DNA of 64,000 bases, taken from Macrostomum lignano (Eukaryota). This document shows, one piece after another, positions 50,750 to 61,977 of the stretch. Within the stretch, counting starts at the first letter, position 1; the number at the start of each line of letters is the position of its first letter. The DNA lies in the NCBI GenBank assembly GCA_002269645.1, contig NIVC01001887.1, forward strand, positions 191,092 to 255,091, in the 5' to 3' direction. The notes below the pieces were generated by a model. That model did no database searches and had not been told where the DNA came from. It saw nothing but the letters and a program-made list of their open reading frames with translations. A program made the translations under genes and the position numbers.

Positions 50750-53145
50750 TGTAGTGCGCTTGTGTAGGTGCAGAAGTTAGGCTCTCATGGCCGTATATTT
50801 AAGCATTATATATACTAGTGAGCACAACGAGCTAGTGAGCACAACGTGCCACTGTTGCGTAATAGTGCGAGGGCGTACACGCACGTGGGGGAAGGCTAAA
50901 GTGAGAGAGCGAAGGAGAGACCCGCAATAGCAGTGCACTACATCTCTCCCCCAACCAAAAAAGTACAAAGCCTTAGAATTAGGAAGTAGAAATTAGATAA
51001 CTTCGCAGGTTAAGCATAACCAAACTTAAACATTTGATACATTTAAGTAAATTTATGTAATTTGCGCATATGTAATTTGTTCAATTAATAGAGCCCGGCT
51101 GTGCTGCTGTGGCATTGTGTCCCGCTGACGTGTTGCTGCTCAGCCGGTGGACTTCCAATAGCCAATCGCACAGCTTCGGTTACTTGCTGGCGCAGCGCCG
51201 ATTGAAATTAGCGGCGCGCCGTCTGGTCACCAGCTTCTAGTCGCGCTCTGACGACTGCTGAACGTCTCCTGCTGTGTCTGCCATCCGCTGTTGGCCGGCT
51301 GGGAGTGTCTCGCGCGCGTCACCGCCTCCGATGTTCTGGTGCAGGCGTCGCCTTGACAGAGCCGCCTGCGCCTGCCGGACCATGCCGGGCCACCAGACCT
51401 CCTTCCGCAGCCGGTCGATGGCCTTTCTCCTGCCGAATTGACCCTGGTGGGCCCAACTGATGGTCTGCTGCTGAAGCGCTGCGGGTACAACGATCCTGCC
51501 GCCCCTGAGCAGCATGCCGTCCCGCACCAGAAGCTCTCGCTTGAGCGAGTGGAAGCTGCTCGCCTGGGCTGTAGCGCCGAAGCGCCAGTTGCCAGTCGCC
51601 AGCGCCTGCATGACGAAGTTCAGAGCCGGGTCCCGAGCAGTGGCCTCGCGGATGCTGTTGTTGGTCGGGCCTTCCAATGCGAACTCGCCGGTGCTGAGCT
51701 GCTGCAGCGATACTCTGTCGTGGGCTGGTTGCTCGTCATTAAGAGCATCGGTCAGACTTGTAGCCTCTCTGGCCGGTGCCCGGGCCTGCGTCTCCAGACT
51801 CAGCAGCTGCAGGGATGTAGAGGTTGCACGGCCGAGCACACTGATGCCGCTACCGGGGACGATGATGAAGCTGGCCAGCTGAACCCTCGGGCCAACTGAG
51901 ACTCGCAGGCTGCAGACTCCCCGAGTGCGCAGAGGTTTTGCTGAGCGATATGGGAAGATCCTCTTTGTCGTCGGCTGCAGGCCTGGGGGCCCCGGGAGCT
52001 TCCGCCAGGCTGCCTCGGTGAGGATGTTACAGTCGGCTCCGCTGTCCACCAGCACCTGCACTGGAGTCGCTTCTACCAGCACGGTAGCCAGAGCCGCTGT
52101 CGCGCTCGTGTCAGAGGCCATCACGGTAAGGCAGAAGACGTCGTCCTCTTCACCTAAACTGTCGCTGCCGACTCGCAGAGCTCGCACGTCCTCTGGCCTG
52201 GACAAGCAGGCCTTGGCGAGGTGATTCGGCTTGCCGCATCGGTTGCAGGTCTTGCCTACCGCTGCGCTGCAGCTGCGGTGGCCGAAGTTGCCGCAGCGAA
52301 TGCACTTTGGCTGCTTGCGATCGGCTGTCTGTGTGGCTGATTCCTGCGGCTGCTCTGGCGGGCTGGACTCGCGCTTGCGCAGCCGCTGCACGGTCGCTGC
52401 GCTGGTCTCTATGAGGCTGGCCTGCGACTCCGCTGCCTCCATGGCCCTGGCCACCCGAAGCGCCTGCTCCAGGTCGACGTTGTCGATCGCTAGCAGCTTG
52501 CGGCGAAGCTGCTCTGAACTGCAGCCGGCGATCACCTGGTCACGGATCAGGGAGTCTCTGAGGCCCTCGAAGCCGCAGCAGTCGGCAGCATCTTTGAGGC
52601 GCTGGAGCCATTCGTCGATGGGCTCGCCAGACCGCTGCGTGCACAACCTGAACTGATAGCGGGTGAACGGGAGATTCCGCTTGCTGTCGAAGTGGTCGTT
52701 AAGCGCGGCTACGAGTGTTTCAACGTCTTTGCCTGCTGCCTCTTTGTCGCCGAGACCGGCCACAATCGTCTGCAAGTCCTCTCCGGCTGTATACAGCAAA
52801 AGCTGGCGAAGCCGCTTTTTGTCTTCGATGTTTGCAGCCACAGCAAAAAGTTCAAATTGTGCGTACCACTTTTTCCATTTGGTCTGAGCCGTGTTGGGGT
52901 CTGTTCGCAGGTCCAAGCGCGCTGGGCTTGGTAAGTTTAGCTGCGACGCCATTGTAGTGCGCTTGTGTAGGTGCAGAAGTTAGGCTCTCATGGCCGTATA
53001 TTTAAGCATTATATATACTAGTGAGCACAACGAGCTAGTGAGCACAACGTGCCACTGTTGCGTAATAGTGCGAGGGCGTACACGCACGTGGGGGAAGGCT
53101 AAAGTGAGAGAGCGAAGGAGAGACCCGCAATAGCAGTGCACTACA
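50750..53145 (-). mobile_element. Non-autonomous Gypsy-type LTR retrotransposon, 2396 bp
   Basis: Two apparently identical 193-bp LTRs (50750-50942, 52953-53145; TGTAGTGC...GCACTACA), 5-bp TSD ATGTG, PBS-like TGGCGTCGCAG next to the 5' LTR, polypurine tract GGGGGAGAGA next to the 3' LTR. Confidence 0.96.
51237..52952 (-). CDS. Gag - aspartic protease - integrase zinc-binding fragment ORF (571 aa); no RT, RNase H or IN core
   Basis: Gag (IRDQVIAGC), knuckles CIRCGNFGHRSC and CNRCGKPNHLAKAC, protease VLVDSGADCNIL, then GMLLRGGRIVVP..AHQGQFG..LRKEVWWPGM; no YxDD or DDE core. Confidence 0.9.
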   Translation of the reverse strand: MASQLNLPSPARLDLRTDPNTAQTKWKKWYAQFELFAVAANIEDKKRLRQLLLYTAGEDLQTIVAGLGDKEAAGKDVETLVAALNDHFDSKRNLPFTRYQFRLCTQRSGEPIDEWLQRLKDAADCCGFEGLRDSLIRDQVIAGCSSEQLRRKLLAIDNVDLEQALRVARAMEAAESQASLIETSAATVQRLRKRESSPPEQPQESATQTADRKQPKCIRCGNFGHRSCSAAVGKTCNRCGKPNHLAKACLSRPEDVRALRVGSDSLGEEDDVFCLTVMASDTSATAALATVLVEATPVQVLVDSGADCNILTEAAWRKLPGPPGLQPTTKRIFPYRSAKPLRTRGVCSLRVSVGPRVQLASFIIVPGSGISVLGRATSTSLQLLSLETQARAPAREATSLTDALNDEQPAHDRVSLQQLSTGEFALEGPTNNSIREATARDPALNFVMQALATGNWRFGATAQASSFHSLKRELLVRDGMLLRGGRIVVPAALQQQTISWAHQGQFGRRKAIDRLRKEVWWPGMVRQAQAALSRRRLHQNIGGGDARETLPAGQQRMADTAGDVQQSSERD

Positions 53146-53253
53146 ATGTGCACTCAAATTCATGTGCACTCAAATTCATGTGCACTCAAATTCATGTGCA
53201 CTCAAATTCATGTGCACGCACTCAAATTCATATACACTCCCCGCGCTTTTCAG

Positions 53254-54247
53254 TCAAGAGGCGAATGCGCCGCCGCCCACAGACCCCGAGCTTGGCGCGA
53301 GGTCCATCGGCGCCAGCGGGCTCTGCCTGGCGCTCTCGGGCAGCGCCGGAGTCGTCGCAAGTGCCGCCTACCTCTGCCTCAGCTGTCCTTGGCAGCTGGG
53401 CGGCCTGGTCAGCAGCTTGGTGCTCGGCCTCATCCTTGTCGCAGCCGGAGCTCCCGCGTGCGCCCTGCTTCAACGACGGCACTTTGCCAGGTCTGGCAGC
53501 CTCATTCCCGCCATCATCGGGCTGACTGCCGTCTGCATCTGCGTGTCGCTTTGCCAGCTGGTGTTCATGGTGACCGAGCTGGGGGTCATCAAGTCCAGAA
53601 AGTGGGCCCAGCAGCTCCAGGGGGAGCAGTCGGTCCTGCTGTTTTATGCCGAGGTTCCGCCTCAAAGGAATGAAGAAATCTGCGAAACTCGGTCGCTGTT
53701 TCTCATAGTTTATGGCGTTGGGACATTTGGCCTGTGTGTTGTGCACCTTATTCTGGCCTCCTACTGCTATCACTTCTTCAAGAAGCAGCGGGGTCTGGCT
53801 GTCACTGCTGATGCTGTCTCTTCTGAGGCTCAGGAGACACCTGGAGCTACGGCCGAGGCGGGTAAGCAGGCTGGCAGCGGTGAGGCGGACAATGAGTCAG
53901 AAGACAAAAATACGCCAGCCAATCAGGAGGAAGATGAGTCAGCGGACAAGATGACGCCAGCCAATCAGGAGGATGATGAGTCAGCGGACAAGACGACGCC
54001 AGCCAATCAGGAGGATGATGAGTCAGCGGACAAGACGACGCCAGCCAATCAGGAGGATGATGAGTCAGCGGACAAGACGACGCCAGCCAATCAGGAGGAT
54101 GATGAGTCAGCGGACAAGACGACGCCAGCCAATCAGGAGGATGATGAGTCAGCGGACAAGACGACGCCAGCCAATCAGGAGGATGATGAGTCAGCGGACA
54201 AGACAACGCCAGCCAATCAGGAGGATGAGTCAAGCTACCCCAAATGA
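53254..54247 (+). CDS. Four-TM membrane module 3 (no own ATG before TM1) with acidic 14-aa repeat tail
   Basis: TTTTCAG phase-2 acceptor at 53253, four hydrophobic helices, SCPWQLG motif; tail SADKTTPANQEDDE x7-8 may instead be intronic after G|GTAAGC at 53861. Confidence 0.72.
53911..54232 (+). repeat. 42-bp tandem repeat (in frame with module 3)
   Basis: GACGCCAGCCAATCAGGAGGATGATGAGTCAGCGGACAAGAC, ~7-8 copies. Confidence 0.93.
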
Positions 54248-54774
54248 GCACAAGCAGTCTGTCGCTGACTTTTAATAGCAAATTCGGCAATTTTTATTTT
54301 GTTTTTTCCTAAGCACAAATTTTAGCTATGCTATTAGACACAATACTGAAAACTAATTTCTTCAAATTATTCAGCACATCTAGTAGCCACTATTGATAGC
54401 ACAACGTTTTAGTCGCAAAACTAGCTTACATATTTTATAAATGCTAAAGGCTTTAAATAACTTTATTTTGTATTAATTCTGAGCCTTTTATGCAAAAGTC
54501 ACATTAGAAACGCTTAAACCGCATGTTAATGGAAAGTACAGCTTAGCTACCAAAATTTTTTCAATGCATAGCACTATTTGAAATTTTTTACTCTCGAAAG
54601 GTTATTAGAAATTTTATATCTCTACCGTACAAAAATCGCTAATGTTATCAATTAAGAATATTATCAACATTAGGAATTTTTAAGCGAATATTTCAAGACC
54701 ACTGAATTATCCGATTTTACCTACGGTACCAGGTTTCAATAGTCCATGACCAGAAGTGCTCAGAGTTGGTAGTC

Positions 54775-55530
54775 CCCAGAGTAGAGTAAAGCTTGCAGAG
54801 TCGAGAGTCAGGATCCCCAGAGTCAGGACCCCCAGAGTCAGGAGTCCCCAGAGTCAGGACCCCCAGAGTCAGGAGTCCCCAGAGTCAGGAGTCCCCAGAG
54901 TCAGGATCCCCAGAGTCAGGACCCCCAGAGTCAGGAGTCCCCAGAGTCAGGAGTCCCTCAGAGTCAGGAGTCCCTCAGAGTCAGGAGTCCCCAGAGTCAG
55001 GAGTCCCCAGAGTCAAGAGTCGAGAGTCAGGAGTCCCCAGAGTCAAGAGTCGAGAGTCAGGAGTCTCCAGAGTCAGGAGTCCCCAGAGTCAAGAGTCGAG
55101 AGTCAGGAGTCTCCAGAGTCAGGAGTCCCCAGAGTCAAGAGTCGAGAGTCAGGAGTCCCCAGAGTCAAGAGTCGAGAGTCAGGAGTCTCCAGAGTCAGGA
55201 GTCCCCAGAGTCAAGAGTCGAGAGTCAGGAGTCTCCAGAGTCAGGAGTCCCCAGAGTCAAGAGTCGAGAGTCAGGAGTCTCCAGAGTCAAGAGTCGAGAG
55301 TCAGGAGTCTCCAGAGTCAGGAGTCCCCAGAGTCAGGAGTCCCCAGAGTCAGGAGTCCCCAGAGTCAAGAGTCGAGAGTCAGGAGTCTCCAGAGTCAGGA
55401 GTCCCCAAAGTCAGGAGTCCCCAGAGTCAGGAGTCTTCAGAGTCAGGAGTCCCTCAGAATTAGGAGTCCCTCAGAGCTAGGAGTCCCTCAGAGTTAGGTG
55501 TCAAGAATCAGGAATAGCGAGAGTCAGGAG
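54775..55530. repeat. Compound minisatellite of GAGTCCCCA / GAGTCAG / GAGTCAAGAGTC subunits
   Basis: Direct inspection. Confidence 0.92.
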
Positions 55531-55582
55531 TCGAGTTGAGCACATGTCTTTCTCAAGCTGTTTTATTCATAAACATTTGCAG

Positions 55583-56198
55583 CATCGGCAAGCCGATGGC
55601 CCGAGCCACCAAGATACCGGTTGCCGCGGAGTCGTTGACCGGAGGATTCCTAGCTGCAATCGGGATTCTGGGCACCGGCGCCATCCTGGTACTGCTGGTG
55701 CCCAAGGGAATCAGTGGAACCTCGCTGGGCCTGGTCTGCCTCTGCCTGGTGCTGGGAGTCTTCAGCACCGTCTGCGGCTGCCTGTCGTTCCCGCTGTGCC
55801 GCAGCGACTACGCCAGGCTGGGCTGGTACCCGCGGCTCACCCTGGCCAGCGGCCTCCTGGCCACCTGTTGCTTCTGCCTGTCCGGGGCTGGCATTGTGGC
55901 GGTCATGTTCGACTGGGTTCTGTGCGATCAGTCGATTCGCGAGCTGGGCAAGGACTGCGGCTTCCCCTTCATTCTGCTGGGCAGCTTTCTGCTGTTTGAG
56001 CTCGTCTTCAGCCTGGTGCACATGGCCGCGCAGCTGGCCGTGCTGTTCAGGATCGTCAAGCACTCGGCCTGCCCTGGTGAGGCGGGCGCCGGTCAGGAGG
56101 CCGACAAAGAGGAAGACGGCAAGGAAGATGACGGAGCGGACTTGGATCAAGATGAAGGCGAGGCTGATGAAGCGTGCAGCGAGGCCGGCTCGTCTTAG
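55583..56198 (+). CDS. Four-TM membrane module 4 (own ATG at 55596 or spliced via acceptor at 55582), acidic tail
   Basis: Four hydrophobic helices aligning with module 2 (C..L..G.F..VCG....P.C..D......YP.L), Cys pair in loop 2, EADKEEDGKEDD tail. Confidence 0.75.
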
Positions 56199-57844
56199 GA
56201 AATCTTAGCAGAGAAACACCTCTAGACCCTTGAAGATACTTTGTTTTTCGTATATTGAAAATCTGTCAATTTCCTGTTGCAATCGTCAGTGATATTTATC
56301 AAAAGCTGGCTTCTGTTTCACCTTTGCTTTTCTTCTTTCTGGTAGCGTTAAAACTTTTTGAGGAGGGAAAGAAGAGAGTTAGTCAAAAGGCCTCGTGTAG
56401 TGCATGTAGACAGTGCATGTAAACTACATGTAGTGCATTAGAAATGTAAGTGCAGCCAAGAGCCAACAGAAAGCTGAGGAAATTCATGCTTGACGTCAGA
56501 GTCAGGCATTGAGCCCGGCAGCGCGAGGGAAGATGTTGAAGCGTTTTGCGGGGGCAGCGACAACTCTTTACTCACTGAAGAGGCGGGTGATTAAACAAAG
56601 GATTAGGCCTTCTTTCATCTGAGATGCTGGGGTTTCAAGTCAGGCAAAAAATGTTTTGCCAATGCTTGACTGTCAATCGATGGAGTGGAAAATTTTGAAA
56701 AGCCAATAGCCTGGTCTCCATGGCTACCACGGCGGGAGAAGGAGAAGAGGGCGGGGCCAGAAACCAGAAGCTGTCGTATTGTTGGTTGAGTTGGTTGTGT
56801 TGACTGCATTGTTGGTTGAGAGGCATTATTTTCAGGAAATTTCTGCTTCTCTCAATCCCTCATAGTTTTGTGCAAGATGCAGGCAGACCTGCTCCTCGAA
56901 CTGTGAGTGTCAGTCAAGTCTTCAGTCAGGCATCCCTGTAGTGTGTGTTGAAGTTACGGTTAGGCAAGATGAATTCAGAGCAAAACACTTTTTTGTTGCG
57001 CTGACAGTTCTAGAAAAAAAAAGAATCGAGCGATTTGTTTATATTTGCTTCATCTACGGAAATTCGGATCAGACGCCGAACTTACAGAATTGAGTGATAA
57101 ATAATTTTGAAAATAGCAGATTAGCAGAGGTTAGGAGAGTATATAAATATGAATTTTTGCCTGCGTAGAATATTTGCCCAGCGTCTTTAATGGAAAAAGC
57201 TTGAAAACATTGCATTGTCTCAAAGAGTTGAATTTTGGCTTCCAGCCTTTTGCTTTTAGCATTCATTTCCGCGCTTCTGTTCAACCCGGAAAGTAAGCTT
57301 CAAGCCAGTGGCAGCCTCAACGCAGACGGAGAGCCAGAACAGTAAAAAACCAAAGAATAATTTTTTTAAAGTTTTGCCAAGGCGAGTACAGGTGGCGGCT
57401 TCACGATGCATTCACAAGAGAGCCTCCAGTCTTTGGCTTTCATACGCAAAGCAGCTGGTACTTTTTAGGAATGCATTGATGATAGAAGGCTTTGAGTAAG
57501 GAAAAAGCAGTGGAAAAAGTTTATGCTTAATAAGTACGAGAGAAAAAATAATCAAAGATATTTCTGTCGTAGACAAAATATAAAATTCATGCGGTCCCGC
57601 ACGCATGACCTTACCATTCCAAAATAAAGAAGCATTAAATATTTCCAACCATTAGCTGCTGGGATCCTATTGCTGAAAGAGGAAAGGTAGAACTTGCCAC
57701 TTTTCTAATGCACCGCTACATTTTTTTGACCAAACACTCTCCCCAGCAGTTTAAAAATCATCCAAGCGTAATGTCTTTTATAAAAATGTTTAAGAACAGC
57801 GAAAAGTTCTTTCATGATTGACGAAAACTCCACCCCTTCCGCGT

Positions 57845-58591
57845 TTAGCCGAATGGGGACTGGCACTCGCACAGACCTTCGCTATTGCTTGGCGACATGT
57901 CGGACAGCCGTTCCCTTCCGTTATAAGCAGCGAGCAAGCCTTGTCCTCCGGAGTCGTCATTGGGCTCGCCATCGCTCCAGAGGTTGCTGCTGACGGTGTT
58001 GTTGCAGCCGACCCAGTACCAGCCGCCATCAGGCTCAGCGCTGCCGGGCGCCTGAAATCCTCCTAGCCACAGAGTGTTTCTGCTCCCATGGAGTGACCTC
58101 ACGTGCTTTATGTGCTCCAATTCTTCCATGCTCATCACGTCCGCCATGATCACCAGACCGCTCTCCGACTCGCATGTCGATTTTATGTCATTCCACGAGC
58201 CGCTGACCACCTTGTACTTGACTCCGCAGAAGTCGTCTCCGTATCCGGACGGACACAGCCGTCCCGCCGGCAGTCCCGGCTGCTGCCTCACGAACACCCG
58301 GCCTCGTCTCGAGCAGCCGCAGTCCCTCACAGACTTGCTGCACTTGTTGAACTCGAACAGCTGGCACGGACCGTCGGACAGGCTGTAGGCCTGGCACTGC
58401 GGTCTCAGGCCACACAGGATGGCGCAGTGCTCCACCGATGTAACTCCAGTGATGTTGCGGACGAAGTCGCTGTTGATGCACAGGGAGCCGTTGATGGGAG
58501 TGAATCTCAGGGAGCAGGCCTGGCTGCTCAGAGCAGAGCTCAGCAGTGATAAAAAGACGAAGCAAACCAGAAGGCTGCCAATTTCATACAT
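57845..58591 (-). CDS. Secreted PAN/apple + C-type lectin domain protein, intronless, 248 aa
   Basis: Signal peptide, PAN-like EHCAILCGLRPQCQAYSLSDGPCQL, CTL motifs WNDIKSTC, LWLGG, GWYW, WSDGEPND, GLCEC. Confidence 0.9.
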   Translation of the reverse strand: MYEIGSLLVCFVFLSLLSSALSSQACSLRFTPINGSLCINSDFVRNITGVTSVEHCAILCGLRPQCQAYSLSDGPCQLFEFNKCSKSVRDCGCSRRGRVFVRQQPGLPAGRLCPSGYGDDFCGVKYKVVSGSWNDIKSTCESESGLVIMADVMSMEELEHIKHVRSLHGSRNTLWLGGFQAPGSAEPDGGWYWVGCNNTVSSNLWSDGEPNDDSGGQGLLAAYNGRERLSDMSPSNSEGLCECQSPFG

Positions 58592-61093
58592 GCTTGTTGC
58601 CGTGCGGCTTGTTGCTAAGAGTAAATAGACTCACTTTCTTTATGTGCGATGGTGAGCTCAGGCAGGTGAGTTGCCGTTTTGCTATTGGATGAACCAGTAC
58701 TGACTCTCTTTACTTGCTGACTCAATTTTTCGTGCGTTCCATACCTTTATGGCTGCTTGGGTACCATTTAGATTGCCGTCTTTGCTTTTATAGAACAACT
58801 TATAATGATAAATTATATGATAATAATATTAATTAAATTTAATATGATATAAATATAAATTATAGTTCCATAAATAACGTTTCAGTGGGATATTTCTCGG
58901 AGGAAATCAACCCCTTTGCCCAGTGCCAGTGGTAATGCCTTCAATTGACGTCAACTTGATGCGGGGCACAGCCGTCAGGGACCTCAGGGACTCCAACTCC
59001 AACGCCAATGCCACGAAGGTCGAAAGCGCACGAAAATGCTCTTCTGATGCTCAGAACAAAATCCCTGCTCGGCGATCCGAACTCCGAAATTAGGTGAACG
59101 ACTGACAGTGTGAAAGAGCGCGGAGGACAGCAGAAGGACCTTCGTCCGGCCTAGCCAAGCCCGCTCAACTTAAACAAAGCATTTTTTCGCAGAAGCGTTG
59201 CGGCCGACATTATTAATGCAGAAAAAATATTCTGTAAAAATAACTTCAATATTCTTGTCAAACAGTAGTCAAACTGACTACCCTACTCTAACAGTAGGAA
59301 TACCAAGCCATGTTTCCTTCCGTCAAACTACCAAGCCCTGACAGTTTCTTTGCTGCGCCGGAACGGAGCAACGCAGGCACACGAAACTCAAGAACACGGG
59401 CTAACTTTTTGTTGCGCACCTTCTCAAACAAGAATCAAGTCGCCAGCCCTCCGGACCGTCGAGATATTCGACGATTCTGCCAGAAGGTCGGATTGGATTT
59501 TTCCCATAAGCGCCAGTGTATTCAGTACACCCCTGTGCGCCAATCAGCACTGCGCCTCAGTGCAGCCTTGCCAAGCCTCCAAATTTCAACAGCACGTCGA
59601 TCACATGTGTCTGCATCAGCTGTGACTTCGTTGGTCACTAGCCTTCACCCAGGCGGAGCTTCTGGACCTTCAACAGGTGGCACCAGGGGACTATGGAGAC
59701 CCTGATGCGAATTTCTCTAGTTTCGCCGATCAAGCCTCGACAGTGGGCAAGCCTCAACTGCTGGACGTGCATTCACTGTACACACGGCACCGATTATTTC
59801 TATTATCAGTAAGCAGTATCGTTCATGGAGAACAGCGAGATTTTTCCTTGCACAGCGTGTGACTGCAGCATCAAAAGCAGCAATTTTTGGACATACAGTT
59901 TTCTCCTCCTGCATCTTTCCGTCTTCTCAGGGGATGATAAAGCTTACCTGTCCATTTTAAAGAGCTTTCTAGTTGATCATTTATCATTCGCAATGCAGTA
60001 TGTGGTGTGTTCAATAAGAGAGGAACATTAAATGTCATTTAATCAATCGCAGATCGATCTCTGCGAGGCGGTCGTAGTGGCAGTGCGATTGCAAAAACTG
60101 CGTCCCCTACTTGGCAGGGATCAAGTAGTCTATATGGCAAAGGTTTTCATTTTTGCTCCCCCTCCCCAGGGCATTAAACTGGAGGCAGAGCAGCTCATTG
60201 GCTGTCTCTCCCGCTTCTCAATACCTGGGTTCGATTCCGTAAAGGCCACAGTGGTTCTTAATACACAATTACACACTAAGTCACTAGCCGAATGCGTAGT
60301 GACTTATCATGAAAATATTGAAAACAGTTAAGAATTCTTCGTAACTACAAGCGTGAATCTGGCACTTCCGCGAAATAACTTTTTTCCAAAATGCTATCAA
60401 TATTTAGAGAAGCAATGCTTTCCCTAAAAAATGAAATCAGGATCGATTTGGGTGGCGTCTAAATTCGCATCGGCGCGATGCATTGAAAGTTATGATGTGG
60501 AAATGGGAGAAATCTTCACTAGTTTGCTGGGTCTCCTAAGAATACCCGACTGCCTGCTGACGAAGACTGGGGGTTAGTCTGGCCACACAGCATGCGCTGC
60601 GGACTGCCTGCGCCTGCAGGAAGCGGGCTTCCATCTCGTGCGGGGCTTGTCTTCCCACTTTCTATGGATTATTCTGGGCTTCTGCTCAGTCTACGGCTTC
60701 CGCTCTTCGGCTTCCTGCCACTGGGTAAATGACAGAAAGATACTCAGTCATTTTTTCTTGTCTACAATACGTTTGCATGCCTGATTTGTCTGTTGAATAG
60801 AATTACAGACTTCTTAGAAGCAACTTCGCATTGTGCGGTCATGCGTCCCCGATCTGCAGTAAAATGCAGTTTGCGCAACACCAGCGTAATACGGCCAATC
60901 GAATGCAGAAGGGACAACGCGTGAAGAGGGCTGGGCTAGGCTGACCAGCCAAGAGAATACTGCTTCAGGAAAAATTAGAAAAGTTGTTTCAGATCAAAAT
61001 AGTTACAGAAGAATTAACAGGGCGGTTGTACTTTGTATGGAATTCCTTGAATAGAAGTTTGTATTGAAGTTGAAAATATAGTTATTTTCAGGC

Positions 61094-61647
61094 CATGTCC
61101 TACACGCATTCAATTTAGTCCAAGATATGTTTGTAAAAGTAGTGGAGCTTTTGTCTATGGTAGCAAGGGTGACACAGCAGCATTTATTTTGGTCTCACAG
61201 GCATCAATTTGATTCATAGCGACTATGAAACTCAATCATGAGTAGGCCCATGACTATGTACGAGTATTTAGATAATTCCCTTTATATGAGTAAATTTCAC
61301 TGTACCAATACAAGGTGACGTCAAAAATGTTGTCTGCTCAATTATAACAAAAAAGAGCATTTTAGCATGATCAAAAATCCACTTCGATCAAGTCCCATGG
61401 CGTTCGTTCGAAAGCCTAGTATATGGTCCACGAGTCTAGGGCTGATCCTGCTCCTCTTGCAAATGAAGCACTGCTTTCGTACTCGCTTCCTGTGACAGTG
61501 ATGTCTAAATGAAAATCTAGAGGTAAAACTATAGAGCAAATTCTGGACCCAAGCGAATGCTTCTTGGACAAAATTAAATGCTGCTGTGCCACCTCTGCTT
61601 TACTTTGACAACATATCTTGGATTAAATTAAATGCGTGTAGGTCCAT
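61094..61647. mobile_element. Small foldback/MITE-like element with ~85-100-bp imperfect inverted arms
   Basis: 61094-61194 is the reverse complement (with indels) of 61566-61647, e.g. CCTACACGCATT..AATTTA..CCAAGATATGTT and GCAGCATTTA. Confidence 0.65.
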
Positions 61648-61689
61648 TAGTACCGCTGCCAAATGACATGTCGGAATACTTGTCCCTTC

Positions 61690-61975
61690 CTGGGTAGGCA
61701 GCAATCAAGAAGTTCCCGTCTAGACTATTGCTTGGCTCGCCGTCGGCCCACAAGCTGCTGTCCACGGTGTTGTTGCAGCCGACCCAGTGCCAGCCCAAGG
61801 ACTACTAGACTAGAACTATAGCATTTCATGCAGTGGTCCTTGTGCCAGCCCTCTGCCGACTCCGCGCTGCCGGGCGCCTGGAAGCCTCCAAGCCACAATG
61901 AAGTTCCACCGTTCGAAGGGACTGCACCGAATTTATGGGCGCCATCTCTGCTATATCAGGTCAGCCATGCTCACC
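61690..61975 (-). pseudogene. C-type lectin relic, paralogue of 57845-58591
   Basis: Minus strand reads LWLGGFQAPGSAE..WVGCNNTVDSSLWADGEPSN; interrupted by a 47-bp insertion and cut off upstream by a MITE end. Confidence 0.85.
61796..61842. mobile_element. 47-bp micro-MITE inside the lectin relic
   Basis: CAAGGACTACTAG...CAGTGGTCCTTG with perfect 8-bp TSD TGCCAGCC (61788-61795, 61843-61850); the paralogues have a single copy of the site. Confidence 0.88.
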
Positions 61976-61977
61976 AA

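Noticed and set aside
49209-53260. Spliced-leader-donated AUG as the start for tetraspan modules 2 and 3
   Set aside because: Their acceptors are phase 2, so a leader ending in AUG would be out of frame; cis-splicing from the phase-2 donors fits better
60540-60640. Possible fourth PAN-lectin relic (minus strand VFVSRQSG resembling VFVRQQPG)
   Set aside because: Similarity is limited to ~25 nt with stops and frame changes; insufficient
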